DNA of 46,022 nucleotides from a virus: IMG/VR virus record IMGVR_UViG_3300045988_121014, positions 1 to 46,022 of that record; one strand, 5' to 3'. Shown piece by piece: positions 1 to 7,345 of this stretch (position 1 is its first letter; each line of letters starts with the position of its first letter). The notes under the pieces were generated by a model. It saw only the letters and a program-made list of their open reading frames with translations, ran no database searches and was not told where the DNA came from. The position numbers and the translations under genes were made by a program.

Positions 1-55
1 ATTCGTTGCCGTCCATGCGATTTGCTATTTCGCATCCCCTACAGCGATTGTTAAA
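1..55. repeat. 55-nt terminal direct repeat identical to 45968..46022 (circular closure / assembly overlap)
   Basis: attcgttgccgtccatgcgatttgctatttcgcatcccctacagcgattgttaaa is letter-for-letter identical at both ends. Confidence 0.95.
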
Positions 56-103
56 CGACTTGCACATTCTGTCACGCGTTACGATAAATTCAACTGCGTC
101 CAT
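1..103 (-). CDS. 5' end of the junction-spanning CDS (ATG at 103). It continues at 45967 downward. Same gene as feature 45714..46022
   Basis: Reverse complement of 56-103 reads MDAVEFIVTRDRMCKS and runs in frame into FNNRCRGCEIANRMDGNES of ORF 45714..45983. Total 357 nt = 118 aa. Confidence 0.8.
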   Translation of the reverse strand, partial: MDAVEFIVTRDRMCKSFNNRCRGCEIANRMDGNE

Positions 104-548
104 CTTTCCTATCTCCTCTCAGGTCGCGCCCGCAGTGCGGGCAGAAATTGATTTGAAATGAATCCATCCTCGGACCGTTGCAATAGCTGTCACCGTAGGT
201 CGGGCAATAGTAGCTTCTGACAAACAGAGTCTTTCCAGCCCACGGGAGATCACCGATGAACAGCTTCGTTCTGAATGTCTCCTGATAAGGCGTCAGCATC
301 TGACCGTTTTTCTCGTAAGGTACCGCGTGCTTCCCGTCGCAGAACTTGCAGGGTCTCGCGATCTCCTCGCGTCCATTTTCGCCCTCCTCTTTTTTTGCCC
401 ACTCATCCGGCTTCCATTGCCACGGCTCTTTGTGCCATGTGCAGCAGGAATCACCGTTCGGATCATTCAGTGGACAGTCGTCGCAGTTTTTCTGCTTTCT
501 GCATGTGTTTTTTATTGTTTCAAGTGCTTGTTTAAGCTCAGGTGTCAT
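90..548 (-). CDS. Cys-rich hypothetical early protein (152 aa)
   Basis: ORF 90..563. GAGGAGGA SD lies 5 nt before the ATG of MTPELKQ. Many CxxC pairs. Confidence 0.7.
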   Translation of the reverse strand: MTPELKQALETIKNTCRKQKNCDDCPLNDPNGDSCCTWHKEPWQWKPDEWAKKEEGENGREEIARPCKFCDGKHAVPYEKNGQMLTPYQETFRTKLFIGDLPWAGKTLFVRSYYCPTYGDSYCNGPRMDSFQINFCPHCGRDLRGDRKDGRS

Positions 549-768
549 CTTCGTCCTCCTCATCCGGTAGCCTCGGCAACGGCATCCAGTGTGTCACCTC
601 GTCATCAATATTGTTGTAATGGTCATCGTGGATGTAGTGAGTGCTTTCCCACCATCCTAAGATACCATCCGGATTTTTCGGCAGCTTGTCAATTTCAAGA
701 TTCATCCGGTTCATCCATCTCAGCGCCGCATTTCGGGCAGTACGGTTTGCACGGATTTTCATAAACAC
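538..768 (-). CDS. DUF551-like small protein (start uncertain)
   Basis: C-terminal VTHWMPLPRLP followed by an acidic tail is typical of DUF551. No clear SD. Overlaps the upstream ORF. Confidence 0.5.
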   Translation of the reverse strand: MFMKIRANRTARNAALRWMNRMNLEIDKLPKNPDGILGWWESTHYIHDDHYNNIDDEVTHWMPLPRLPDEEDEDDT

Positions 769-883
769 TGTCCGTGCTGTTGCGGCTGCCGCACACCGAG
801 CAGGTTATCTCGCCACAATCGCGAAAATGCTTGTAAATCCAGTGCCCATGCTGCCTTTCTTCAACATCGGCGGCAAAAGGCAA
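695..883 (-). CDS. small zinc-ribbon protein (start uncertain, TTG in track)
   Basis: CSVCG...CPKCG four-Cys ribbon. The frame stays open upstream to about 1033 without a start codon. Confidence 0.45.
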   Translation of the reverse strand: MPFAADVEERQHGHWIYKHFRDCGEITCSVCGSRNSTDSVYENPCKPYCPKCGAEMDEPDES

Positions 884-894
884 ATCGCAGCCGC

Positions 895-1041
895 CTATCG
901 CGTCAATATGCCTTTGAACATGCTGTGCGCCAAAGCAGCCGTACCCTGTTTCATCCGATTTTCCGACACCGCTTTGTCGAACTCTTTTCCGCTTTTTACC
1001 AGATACGCGCGGAGCGCGTCCGCGCTGATGTATTCAGGCAT
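895..1041 (-). CDS. 48-aa hypothetical protein (below the ORF-track cutoff)
   Basis: Hand translation MPEYISADALRAYLVKSGKEFDKAVSENRMKQGTAALAHSMFKGILTR. GGAGGAGAGGTGA SD lies 5 nt upstream. The ATG overlaps the stop of the upstream gene. Confidence 0.6.
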   Translation of the reverse strand: MPEYISADALRAYLVKSGKEFDKAVSENRMKQGTAALAHSMFKGILTR

Positions 1042-1243
1042 CAGCTTCACCTCTCCTCCATTCTTCCGCGATCTGCGACTGCGTGACCTTCACCCGGATT
1101 CTGATTTCGGCGGCATCCGTAATTGCTTTCTTCACGTCCTCGAACGTCATCAGCGCGGCTTCGTAGTTGCGGGTAGTGCAGACGAAACGCCATTCCAGAT
1201 CGCCCGCGCGTTTGTACTCGACTATGTTTTCAATTTTAATCAT
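1034..1243 (-). CDS. hypothetical protein (69 aa)
   Basis: AAGGAGG SD before ATG. Tightly packed in the operon. Confidence 0.7.
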   Translation of the reverse strand: MIKIENIVEYKRAGDLEWRFVCTTRNYEAALMTFEDVKKAITDAAEIRIRVKVTQSQIAEEWRRGEADA

Positions 1244-1586
1244 GATCGTCCTCCTTAAGTTTCTCCAGCCCGCCAGACAACCACAGACACATTGTCTCGA
1301 TGATGATGAAATTCATCAACTGGTCAAGGCTCGTCTCGAACCGTTCGTCGCCCGCCTTCGCGTACTCGAGCTGCCCGGCGGTCTTCTGCGTCATGCAGCG
1401 CTTCAGCCGCTCGCAGCACTCGATTAAAAACGGCACGTTGGGCTTCTGAGCGCCCATTTCCATGAAAGCCCACATGGTGTTGAGGCTGTCCTTCTTGACC
1501 TTCTCGTCGGCGAGACTGACGATCTTGTTTGTCTCAGACGCCGCTTCAGCGAGCGCTTGCTTGTCTGCTTTAGTTATCCGTCCCAT
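1236..1586 (-). CDS. hypothetical protein (116 aa)
   Basis: GGAGGGG SD 6 nt before ATG. Confidence 0.7.
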   Translation of the reverse strand: MGRITKADKQALAEAASETNKIVSLADEKVKKDSLNTMWAFMEMGAQKPNVPFLIECCERLKRCMTQKTAGQLEYAKAGDERFETSLDQLMNFIIIETMCLWLSGGLEKLKEDDHD

Positions 1587-2100
1587 GCAGCGCCCCTCCG
1601 AATTTCCACGGCTTCAGCGGCTTGTCCGCGAGGTTCTTCGCCGCCTGTTTGCTCAGCTTCCGCCGACACGCGTCGCAGTACGATGTCATGTTCCCGAGCT
1701 CTATCGGCGCTCCGCACCAGTAGCAGACGCGGTGCTCTTTCTTCCAGTCACGGAGGGCGAACGGGCTGTTGTCTTGTCGTCTGCGTTCATTTTTCTTTGC
1801 CTGCTCGCGTTTGACTTTTATACTGCATTCGTAACAGTACAAGCCGTATTTCGCGGGCTTCTTGCCACACTTGACGCAAATTCCGTTTTCTTTGCGCTCA
1901 CGGTATCGCTCTTTATTCCGGGCGTTCCGTGTCTCGCGGTACTCGGCGCCTTTTTCGCTGTAGTACGTCGCTGCGTTCCGAGCCGCGATCCGCTCGAGGC
2001 AAGCCGGGCAGTATTTCCGCCCGGGGAATTGCTTCGCTTTCTTGCACTCGTGGCAGATTCCGAACTTGTCGAGCAGCGCGTACTCCTCCTTACTCGTCAC
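1570..2100 (-). CDS. Cys-rich protein with three CxxC...CxxC zinc-ribbon-like repeats separated by basic segments
   Basis: GTG start with GGGAGG SD. Repeats CHECKK..CPAC, CVKCGK..CYEC, CYWCGA..CDAC. Confidence 0.7.
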   Translation of the reverse strand: MTSKEEYALLDKFGICHECKKAKQFPGRKYCPACLERIAARNAATYYSEKGAEYRETRNARNKERYRERKENGICVKCGKKPAKYGLYCYECSIKVKREQAKKNERRRQDNSPFALRDWKKEHRVCYWCGAPIELGNMTSYCDACRRKLSKQAAKNLADKPLKPWKFGGALHGTDN

Positions 2101-2103
2101 GTC

Positions 2104-2610
2104 CTACCTCCCGGCGATCTCTGCCGCGCAAGCCAGATATCCGCAGGCGTCGATATATGAGTCGGCTTTATAATGCCCGGTCTTTATCCGGGCAACCTTC
2201 AGCAGCGTCATCATCATCGCGACGTCGACCGGGGTGAATTCGCGTCCTGCGTACGTGCTCCAGAGCCGAGCGATAACGTCGAAGTTGTCCCCCGGGCTTC
2301 CGTACTGCTTCTCCCGATCCCCGGTCACGATTTTCTTCGCGGCGTCGAGGATTTCGGCGCGGGTAGTTGGTGTATCGGTTGGTGTATCGGTCGCAGTTGG
2401 TGTATCAGTTGGTGCACTGACCTTTTTGTTGGCGTCAACAATATGCTCGTCAAGTCCGAAATCGCTGTCCCACCACATCGGGATTCCGTCGATCTTGCAG
2501 CTCAGGTTGTCGCGGCAGAACAGGCAGCCTTCGCACTCGTCGCGGCGTCCCTCACAGTTCGCGCTCAGCATCCTTGCGGCTTCCCGCAGCTTCTCGTCTT
2601 CGTTTTTCAT
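2104..2610 (-). CDS. DUF6378-like protein with Cys-rich N-terminus and TDTP-repeat linker
   Basis: C-terminal DREKQYGSPGDNFDVIARLW...VDVAMMMTLLKVARIK resembles DUF6378. GGAGA SD before the ATG of MKNEDEK. The longer track ORF (to 2829) has an Arg-rich non-coding-like N-terminus. Confidence 0.65.
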   Translation of the reverse strand: MKNEDEKLREAARMLSANCEGRRDECEGCLFCRDNLSCKIDGIPMWWDSDFGLDEHIVDANKKVSAPTDTPTATDTPTDTPTTRAEILDAAKKIVTGDREKQYGSPGDNFDVIARLWSTYAGREFTPVDVAMMMTLLKVARIKTGHYKADSYIDACGYLACAAEIAGR

Positions 2611-2621
2611 AATCGTTCTCC

Positions 2622-2963
2622 TCATTTCGATTTTATAACTATGTGTGTTCTCCCGCGCCCGAGGAGTTCGTCCTGCATCATCTGTGCGACTTTGTCTTCC
2701 TCGGCGGTCTCGGGTCTGTAGTTCTTTCCGGCTCTTTCGGCGTAGTCGGATGTGATGTCCTCGATGCCTTGCAGTATGTACATCAGGCGTTTGTCGCCGA
2801 ATCCGGCAATATCGTTCAGCGCCAGGCACACGGCGAGCAAAATCCGGTTCGCGTAGATTTTCTGCCGTTCCGCGAACTCGGCGTCGACCATAGCCCGGAC
2901 GGCTTCCTGCGTCCCCGCCGGGAGGTTCTGCCGCGCTGTGGCGGGGGACATTCGTGCTTTCAT
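2622..2963 (-). CDS. hypothetical protein (113 aa)
   Basis: AAGGAGAA SD before the ATG of MKARMSP. The upstream part of track ORF 2622..3293 overlaps the next gene. Confidence 0.65.
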   Translation of the reverse strand: MKARMSPATARQNLPAGTQEAVRAMVDAEFAERQKIYANRILLAVCLALNDIAGFGDKRLMYILQGIEDITSDYAERAGKNYRPETAEEDKVAQMMQDELLGRGRTHIVIKSK

Positions 2964-3505
2964 GGTGTTCTCCTTCGGTAGGTGTTCCGCCTCGACGGGA
3001 AGAGCTTGCGGTTTTCGGCGCGGAGCTGATAGAAGTCGCTCCGCGACCTGTGCAGGGCGTTGCAGATTTCCGATTCGCTGATATCGCGATCCGACCACAT
3101 ATCGGCGGCGCGGGCGATTTCCTCCGGCGACCAGATTCTCCCGCGCTCGTGGCGGCGGGGGAAGAGTTTGCGGTTCCGCTGCATGGCGCCGCGGACGGCT
3201 TTCTCCGACCGGCAGACGGCTTCGGCGATTTCGCAGATGTCCGCGCCCCGGTTCCAGCACTCCGCCATGTACTGGATGTCTTCGTCCGACCATCTTCCGC
3301 GGTTGACGCCTTTTTCGATGTGGCTTTCCGCGACGCGGTCGGTGTTGTCGTGTCCGCGCTCCGGCGGGACGACGGTGACGAGACCTTTCAGGATTTTCCG
3401 GATGACCATGACCGGCAGCCTCGACCGGGCGGCGATTTCGTGGAGTTTCTTTTCCGGCTCGGGGGTGTTTTCGAGTTCGGCGAGGATTTCATCTTTGGCG
3501 ATCAT
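2960..3505 (-). CDS. DNA-binding protein with repeated Myb/SANT-like helix-turn-helix units
   Basis: Three W-x-EE-I/D-type repeats (RWSDEDIQYMAECW, IWSPEEIARAADMW). AAGGAGGG SD. Confidence 0.55.
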   Translation of the reverse strand: MIAKDEILAELENTPEPEKKLHEIAARSRLPVMVIRKILKGLVTVVPPERGHDNTDRVAESHIEKGVNRGRWSDEDIQYMAECWNRGADICEIAEAVCRSEKAVRGAMQRNRKLFPRRHERGRIWSPEEIARAADMWSDRDISESEICNALHRSRSDFYQLRAENRKLFPSRRNTYRRRTP

Positions 3506-3822
3506 GCTTTCGCCCTCCTTTTGTTCTTCCTCAAAAAGAGGTCGCGACGCCGCGTGATTATGTGCGCCAGGGTCTGGGGGTTCATATTGTACTTATGGGC
3601 GATCTGAGGGACCGTCCATCCTGCCCCCCAGAGCTTCGCCATGTCGGCGTACATCTTCTGCCGGGCTTCGCTCACAACGGAGCCTCGACGCTGCCATATG
3701 ACGCTCCTGAGCGACGCGGCGCTGATTGCGTACTCTTCGGCGATATCCGCCGTTCTCTCTCCCGCCCGGATGCGGCTGAGAACGTCGTCGATCACAATGT
3801 CAGTCCAGAATCGCGGCATCAT
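3502..3822 (-). CDS. HTH DNA-binding protein (two HTH-like units)
   Basis: GERTADIAEEYAISAASL and WTVPQIAHKYNMNPQTL segments. GGGAGGG SD before MMPRFW. ATGA overlap with the next gene. Confidence 0.55.
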   Translation of the reverse strand: MMPRFWTDIVIDDVLSRIRAGERTADIAEEYAISAASLRSVIWQRRGSVVSEARQKMYADMAKLWGAGWTVPQIAHKYNMNPQTLAHIITRRRDLFLRKNKRRAKA

Positions 3823-3988
3823 AGAATTTCGCCCTCCCATGCTCAATTTCAATCTCAACGGTGTGCGCTGTCAGGAGTGCTCGCACCATTGCGCGGAGTT
3901 CGGCGTTCTCGCGCCTCAGCTCGTTGTTGTGCTCCTGCTCGATGCGATGGAGCTTGTCCGACGCGATTTTATTTGCTGCCTCTATCAT
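3800..3988 (-). CDS. small coiled-coil protein (62 aa)
   Basis: AAGGAGG SD. Charged heptad-like sequence. Confidence 0.55.
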   Translation of the reverse strand: MIEAANKIASDKLHRIEQEHNNELRRENAELRAMVRALLTAHTVEIEIEHGRAKFYDAAILD

Positions 3989-4190
3989 TGCGAATGAGCC
4001 TCCTTGTTACGAGTTCTGTGATTCCGGCGTTGTTGAGCCCCGAGACGTCGATGCCGAGATATCCGCCGTCGAAGATTATATAAACGTGCTCCTTTGTGTC
4101 GACCTTTCCATACGAGACCGCGAGGATGTCTTCGTCGAGGGCGCAGAGCAGCGGGGAGAGGCGAGAGTGGACGAAATCGGTTTTCTTCAT
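3969..4190 (-). CDS. hypothetical protein (73 aa)
   Basis: GGGGGAGAGA SD before MKKTDFV. The longer track ORF is Arg-rich upstream. Confidence 0.6.
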   Translation of the reverse strand: MKKTDFVHSRLSPLLCALDEDILAVSYGKVDTKEHVYIIFDGGYLGIDVSGLNNAGITELVTRRLIRNDRGSK

Positions 4191-4471
4191 GGTCTCTCCC
4201 CCCAAGAGCGGACGCTTGCCATTCTCGCGCCGGTCGGTGTCACGGTCAGCCCGATTGAGTAAAAGCGGACCGGCACAAGTATCGGCTCGTCCTCGAAGAG
4301 TGGGGTGAAGATATCGTTTTTTTTCATCCAGCTCCAGCACCGGTGAAAGGCTTTGCCTCTCGCGACTATCGAGCCGCGATAAATGTCGTGCTGCCCGTTC
4401 GATTCGTAGGTAACGTCGTACACCAGCGCATAAACGCGATCGGTGTACTTCTTTTTCTGCCTTTTGTTCAT
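4187..4471 (-). CDS. hypothetical protein (94 aa)
   Basis: GGGGAGAAAA SD before ATG. Confidence 0.65.
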   Translation of the reverse strand: MNKRQKKKYTDRVYALVYDVTYESNGQHDIYRGSIVARGKAFHRCWSWMKKNDIFTPLFEDEPILVPVRFYSIGLTVTPTGARMASVRSWGERP

Positions 4472-4492
4472 GGTTTTCTCCCCTTACCCGAT

Positions 4493-4888
4493 TCAGTCCT
4501 CGTCGTCCTCGTCCATCATCTCATCGGCGATCTTGCACGATATATTCCAGAGCGTTTCCTGGTCATGCTCGATGACGAGGCGGACGGTTTCCCGGAGGTT
4601 TTCGACGGTGAGCTTTCCATCGTCCACCATGATGCGGAGATCCGTTTCCGGATACATGAGCTGGATGCGGTCGTTATCGACTATCATTCTGAGATTGTCG
4701 AGCTTGTGCCCGTGTATCGGTTCCTGGTTCCCGGCGCGGTGAGCCAGCCAACCGAGCATTGAGTCAGCGTCGTCTCCGAACTGGTTCATGGTGTGCTCAA
4801 TGTGCATCTTCGAGACGATTTTTCTTATTGCGTCGGCAGTGTCTTCCTGCGCGGTCTTGGTCTTGTTGTTCTTCTTCTCTTCGTACAT
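4493..4888 (-). CDS. hypothetical acidic protein (131 aa)
   Basis: AAAGGAGAAAA SD before ATG. Confidence 0.7.
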   Translation of the reverse strand: MYEEKKNNKTKTAQEDTADAIRKIVSKMHIEHTMNQFGDDADSMLGWLAHRAGNQEPIHGHKLDNLRMIVDNDRIQLMYPETDLRIMVDDGKLTVENLRETVRLVIEHDQETLWNISCKIADEMMDEDDED

Positions 4889-4906
4889 TTTGGTTTTCTC
4901 CTTTAA

Positions 4907-5155
4907 TTAATTATTCTCCCCGAGCAGTGTCGGGATAGTGACGTTAAGTGTGTTCGCGATCCGCTGAATTTCGCCGACCGTGAAGGTTTCGGGACGGTTC
5001 CGTTTGTCGCGGAGCGTCGAGTACTTGAAGCCGAGTGCGGCGGCGGCGGTCTTGCAGTCGATTCCGTCTCGGGAACGTTTCATCATGTAGATGTCTACGG
5101 CGTCCCTGAGCGCGTCCAGCTGCTTCTCAGCGGCCGTTTTGGACAGCCTCGGCAT
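4907..5155 (-). CDS. XRE/Cro-like HTH protein (82 aa)
   Basis: CKTAAAALGFKYSTLRDKRN...TVGEIQRIANTLNV is HTH-like. AAAGGAG SD before MPRLSK. Confidence 0.6.
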   Translation of the reverse strand: MPRLSKTAAEKQLDALRDAVDIYMMKRSRDGIDCKTAAAALGFKYSTLRDKRNRPETFTVGEIQRIANTLNVTIPTLLGENN

Positions 5156-5372
5156 TCGCAGCGCTCCTTTCGTCCATGTCCATGCTCTTTCCGTAGCGGT
5201 AGCAGATGGCGGTTGCCGCCGCGCGGACTTCCTGCGCGTAGTCGGAGTTCCGCTCGCCGGAGAGAATCCGGCTGAGAAAACTGTCTGAGATTTCGTAGCC
5301 GACCATACGGAGCTGTGCAATCAGCCATCGTCCGGTCAGCTTATGCGTTTCCAGAAATTTCGATATATCCAT
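5127..5372 (-). CDS. HTH-like small regulator (81 aa)
   Basis: LTGRWLIAQLRMVGYEISDSFLSRILSGER is HTH-like. Weak SD. Confidence 0.5.
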   Translation of the reverse strand: MDISKFLETHKLTGRWLIAQLRMVGYEISDSFLSRILSGERNSDYAQEVRAAATAICYRYGKSMDMDERSAANAEAVQNGR

Positions 5373-5784
5373 TGTTTATCATCACCGCCCTTTCTACTTC
5401 ACGCCCGTGTCTTACCGTGCGGGTGTTCTTTCCTTCGCTGTCCCTCACGAGGTATCCGTTCCTCGCTAAGGCGTCCAGCGCGTCTTTCGGTTTTACGCCG
5501 AGTTCCTTGAATCTGGCGTATGCCGCTTTCCGGCTTATCGCGATCCGGCGGTCGTATTTGTCTTCCCAGATCGGCGTTTTGGCGAGTTCATTGACCGCTT
5601 CGTACAGGGCTTTCAGGTCTGCCGCGATCTTCTCGTCCTTCGATTTCCGTTTTTGTTTTTCCTTGATGAGAGCCTTCTCACACTCTGCGATCCGCTCGTC
5701 GAACCGGCGCATGGTCTCGGTGACGTCGGCACGGAACGCTTTGATTTCGCCGAGAAGTTCCCGCAGCTCCTCATTCGTGGCCAT
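5341..5784 (-). CDS. hypothetical protein, N-terminal coiled coil (147 aa)
   Basis: GGAGGAGAA SD before MATNEEL. Confidence 0.65.
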   Translation of the reverse strand: MATNEELRELLGEIKAFRADVTETMRRFDERIAECEKALIKEKQKRKSKDEKIAADLKALYEAVNELAKTPIWEDKYDRRIAISRKAAYARFKELGVKPKDALDALARNGYLVRDSEGKNTRTVRHGREVERAVMINNGYIEISGNA

Positions 5785-5800
5785 GGTGTTCTCCTCCATT

Positions 5801-6094
5801 TTAATCGTCGTCCTTCTCCGGCTCGTCTTCCTTCGGCGCGCCGTTGAGTAGCCATTCGATGCCATCGATCAGGGCGCCGATGTCCGACTTGTCTTCGTCG
5901 GTGAATGACATGTACTGCTGACGTGCACCCTCGATGGTAACCCTCAGCCCACCTTTGTCCCTCCAGACGCTGGCGTAGCCGCCCGCTGTTTTCGCAGCGT
6001 GGAGCGCTTGTACGATCAGGTTATCGACCAGCTCGTTCTGAGCGGTCTGAATTCTCCCGAGCTGGTCTTTGTTTTTCTGTGTTTGTTCTGTCAT
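5801..6094 (-). CDS. first gene of the early-left operon, hypothetical (97 aa)
   Basis: AAGGAGGAGAAAA SD before MTEQTQK. Confidence 0.7.
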   Translation of the reverse strand: MTEQTQKNKDQLGRIQTAQNELVDNLIVQALHAAKTAGGYASVWRDKGGLRVTIEGARQQYMSFTDEDKSDIGALIDGIEWLLNGAPKEDEPEKDDD

Positions 6095-6125
6095 GGTTTT
6101 CTCCTCCTTAATTTGGCACAAAATC

Positions 6126-6154
6126 TTGACAAATCAATGACAACGTGATATAAT
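6126..6154 (+). promoter_or_regulatory. perfect sigma70/sigmaA-type promoter TTGACA-N17-TATAAT with TG at -15/-14
   Basis: TTGACA at 6126-6131, 17-nt spacer, TGaTATAAT at 6146-6154. Confidence 0.8.
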
Positions 6155-6173
6155 AGTAGTACCACATAGCAAC

Positions 6174-6445
6174 CGTCGGGTGAGGGCTCGACACCCTATA
6201 CTGAGAGCGCCACAGAGCGCCGAACCGTAATGGGGAGGTGGTCTTGTGAGTAAATTCGAGAAACTGTACCTAACCGTCTGCATTCTCCAGCTCATCGTTG
6301 ACCTCTTAATGCTTGGTCTGACGCTTTAATCAACTGACCGTTTAAGCGACTGAGTTCACCGACATTTCGATTATCGCACATCCCAGAAAATAACCGCATT
6401 CAGGAATCCGCCTGAATACGGAGTACCCTCACCCGACGTCGTTTT
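6174..6445 (+). ncRNA. structured transcript/leader closed by a 13-bp perfect long-range stem, followed by TCGTTTT
   Basis: cgtcgggtgaggg (6174-6186) is the exact reverse complement of ccctcacccgacg (6426-6438). Internal hairpin at 6394-6421. Confidence 0.45.
6246..6329 (+). CDS. 27-aa hydrophobic peptide (M)SKFEKLYLTVCILQLIVDLLMLGLTL, type-I-toxin-like or small membrane protein
   Basis: GGGGAGGTGG SD 4 nt before GTG. Charged N-terminus plus one predicted TM helix. Below the ORF-track cutoff. Confidence 0.5.
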   Translation: MSKFEKLYLTVCILQLIVDLLMLGLTL

Positions 6446-6472
6446 GCCTGTCACGAATTTGTGACTGATAAT

Positions 6473-6501
6473 ATTATAACCTAAAATCTTAGGAATGTCA
6501 A
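6473..6501 (-). promoter_or_regulatory. perfect TTGACA-N17-TATAAT early-left promoter
   Basis: Reverse complement of 6473-6501 = TTGACAttcctaagattttaggtTATAAT. Confidence 0.8.
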
Positions 6502-6527
6502 TAGGTTATTCCTAATTTTTTAGGATT
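6480..6527. promoter_or_regulatory. operator-like repeats TTAGGAAT-N11-ATTCCTAA plus a third TTAGGATT box
   Basis: 8-bp perfect inverted repeat (6489-6496 / 6508-6515) brackets the -35 of the minus promoter. CCTAA/TTAGG sub-palindromes at 6480-6493 and 6511-6524. Confidence 0.6.
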
Positions 6528-6568
6528 CGTCAGTTGCCAACATCTTTTTCAGAAAGTAGGAAATATTT

Positions 6569-6907
6569 ATGTTGAATACTTCCATGTTCAAAGAACGAGT
6601 GAAGACTTTGTGCAAGTCTAAGGGGTTGTCGCAGAAGTTCGTAAGCGAGTCGACTGGTCACGGGCAATTCTTTCTGAATGACGTGTGGTTGGGCAAGCGT
6701 GGGCTATCTACCAGCGACTTGGAGATCATAGCCGCCACTCTCTCTACTACTCCCGCCTACCTCACCGGCGAGACTGACGATCCCGCCCCCACGGGCAGCC
6801 CAGACGAGCTGTCCTCCGAAGAAAAAGAACTGCTCGAGCTTTACCGGAGCGTGTCCCCGGAGAAGCAGGAGCTGTTCAAGAAAATCATTGAGCAGATGAA
6901 AGGGTGA
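6569..6907 (+). CDS. XRE-family HTH repressor (cI-like position)
   Basis: N-terminal KSKGLSQKFVSESTGHGQFFLNDVWLGKR HTH. Divergent from the early operon. C-terminal EEKELLELYRSVSPEKQELFKKIIEQM tail. Confidence 0.75.
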   Translation: MLNTSMFKERVKTLCKSKGLSQKFVSESTGHGQFFLNDVWLGKRGLSTSDLEIIAATLSTTPAYLTGETDDPAPTGSPDELSSEEKELLELYRSVSPEKQELFKKIIEQMKG

Positions 6908-7345
6908 TTGGGTTTGAGCAAGAAATGCAACAGGTGCGGCAGAGACATTCCAGACGACGCGATACGATGCCCATACTGCACCGACAGCGGAATCGGGGTA
7001 GATATGACCGGCGTGTCGCTGAAGGACGGCGACGAGACAGATAAGGCGTACCGTGAAGCGCACAGTGACAGCCGACCGGTGAAACAGTACGCGCCCGACT
7101 CCGTGCCGTGGCTGAGAAGAACGTCGGCGGTATTCAGTGTCGTGGCGGTGATTATATATGTTGCGGCGGTCATGGAGATAATCGGCGTATGCCTCAGCGG
7201 TATGTCGGGCGACGTCATCCCGTTTTGGGTAGGCGTTTTTATTGGCTTGCTTGTAGTAGGCACTATTTATTCGGCAATCGGTGCGCACCTGAGCGGTATG
7301 GCGGATATAGTCGACGGTCTCGATGCGCTGAACAAAAAGAAATAA
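6908..7345 (+). CDS. membrane protein with N-terminal zinc ribbon and two or three C-terminal TM helices
   Basis: CNRCG..CPYC followed by hydrophobic segments. TTG start directly after the repressor stop (start uncertain). Confidence 0.6.
   Translation: MGLSKKCNRCGRDIPDDAIRCPYCTDSGIGVDMTGVSLKDGDETDKAYREAHSDSRPVKQYAPDSVPWLRRTSAVFSVVAVIIYVAAVMEIIGVCLSGMSGDVIPFWVGVFIGLLVVGTIYSAIGAHLSGMADIVDGLDALNKKK

Noticed and set aside
695-1041. Possible single gene split by a frameshift (the 48-aa ORF 895-1041 fused to the zinc-ribbon ORF 695-883)
   Set aside because: The downstream frame is open up to about 1033, and HIDAIGGCDLPFAADV looks like coding sequence. However, there is no canonical slippery heptamer, and my memory of full-length homologs is too vague to support a claim. 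It needs a homology search.
6161-6445. Retron msr/msd-like ncRNA (terminal inverted repeats closing a structured RNA), or a DGR near the fibre genes
   Set aside because: No reverse transcriptase ORF exists anywhere in the 46 kb, and I saw no template/variable repeat pair in the tail-fibre region.
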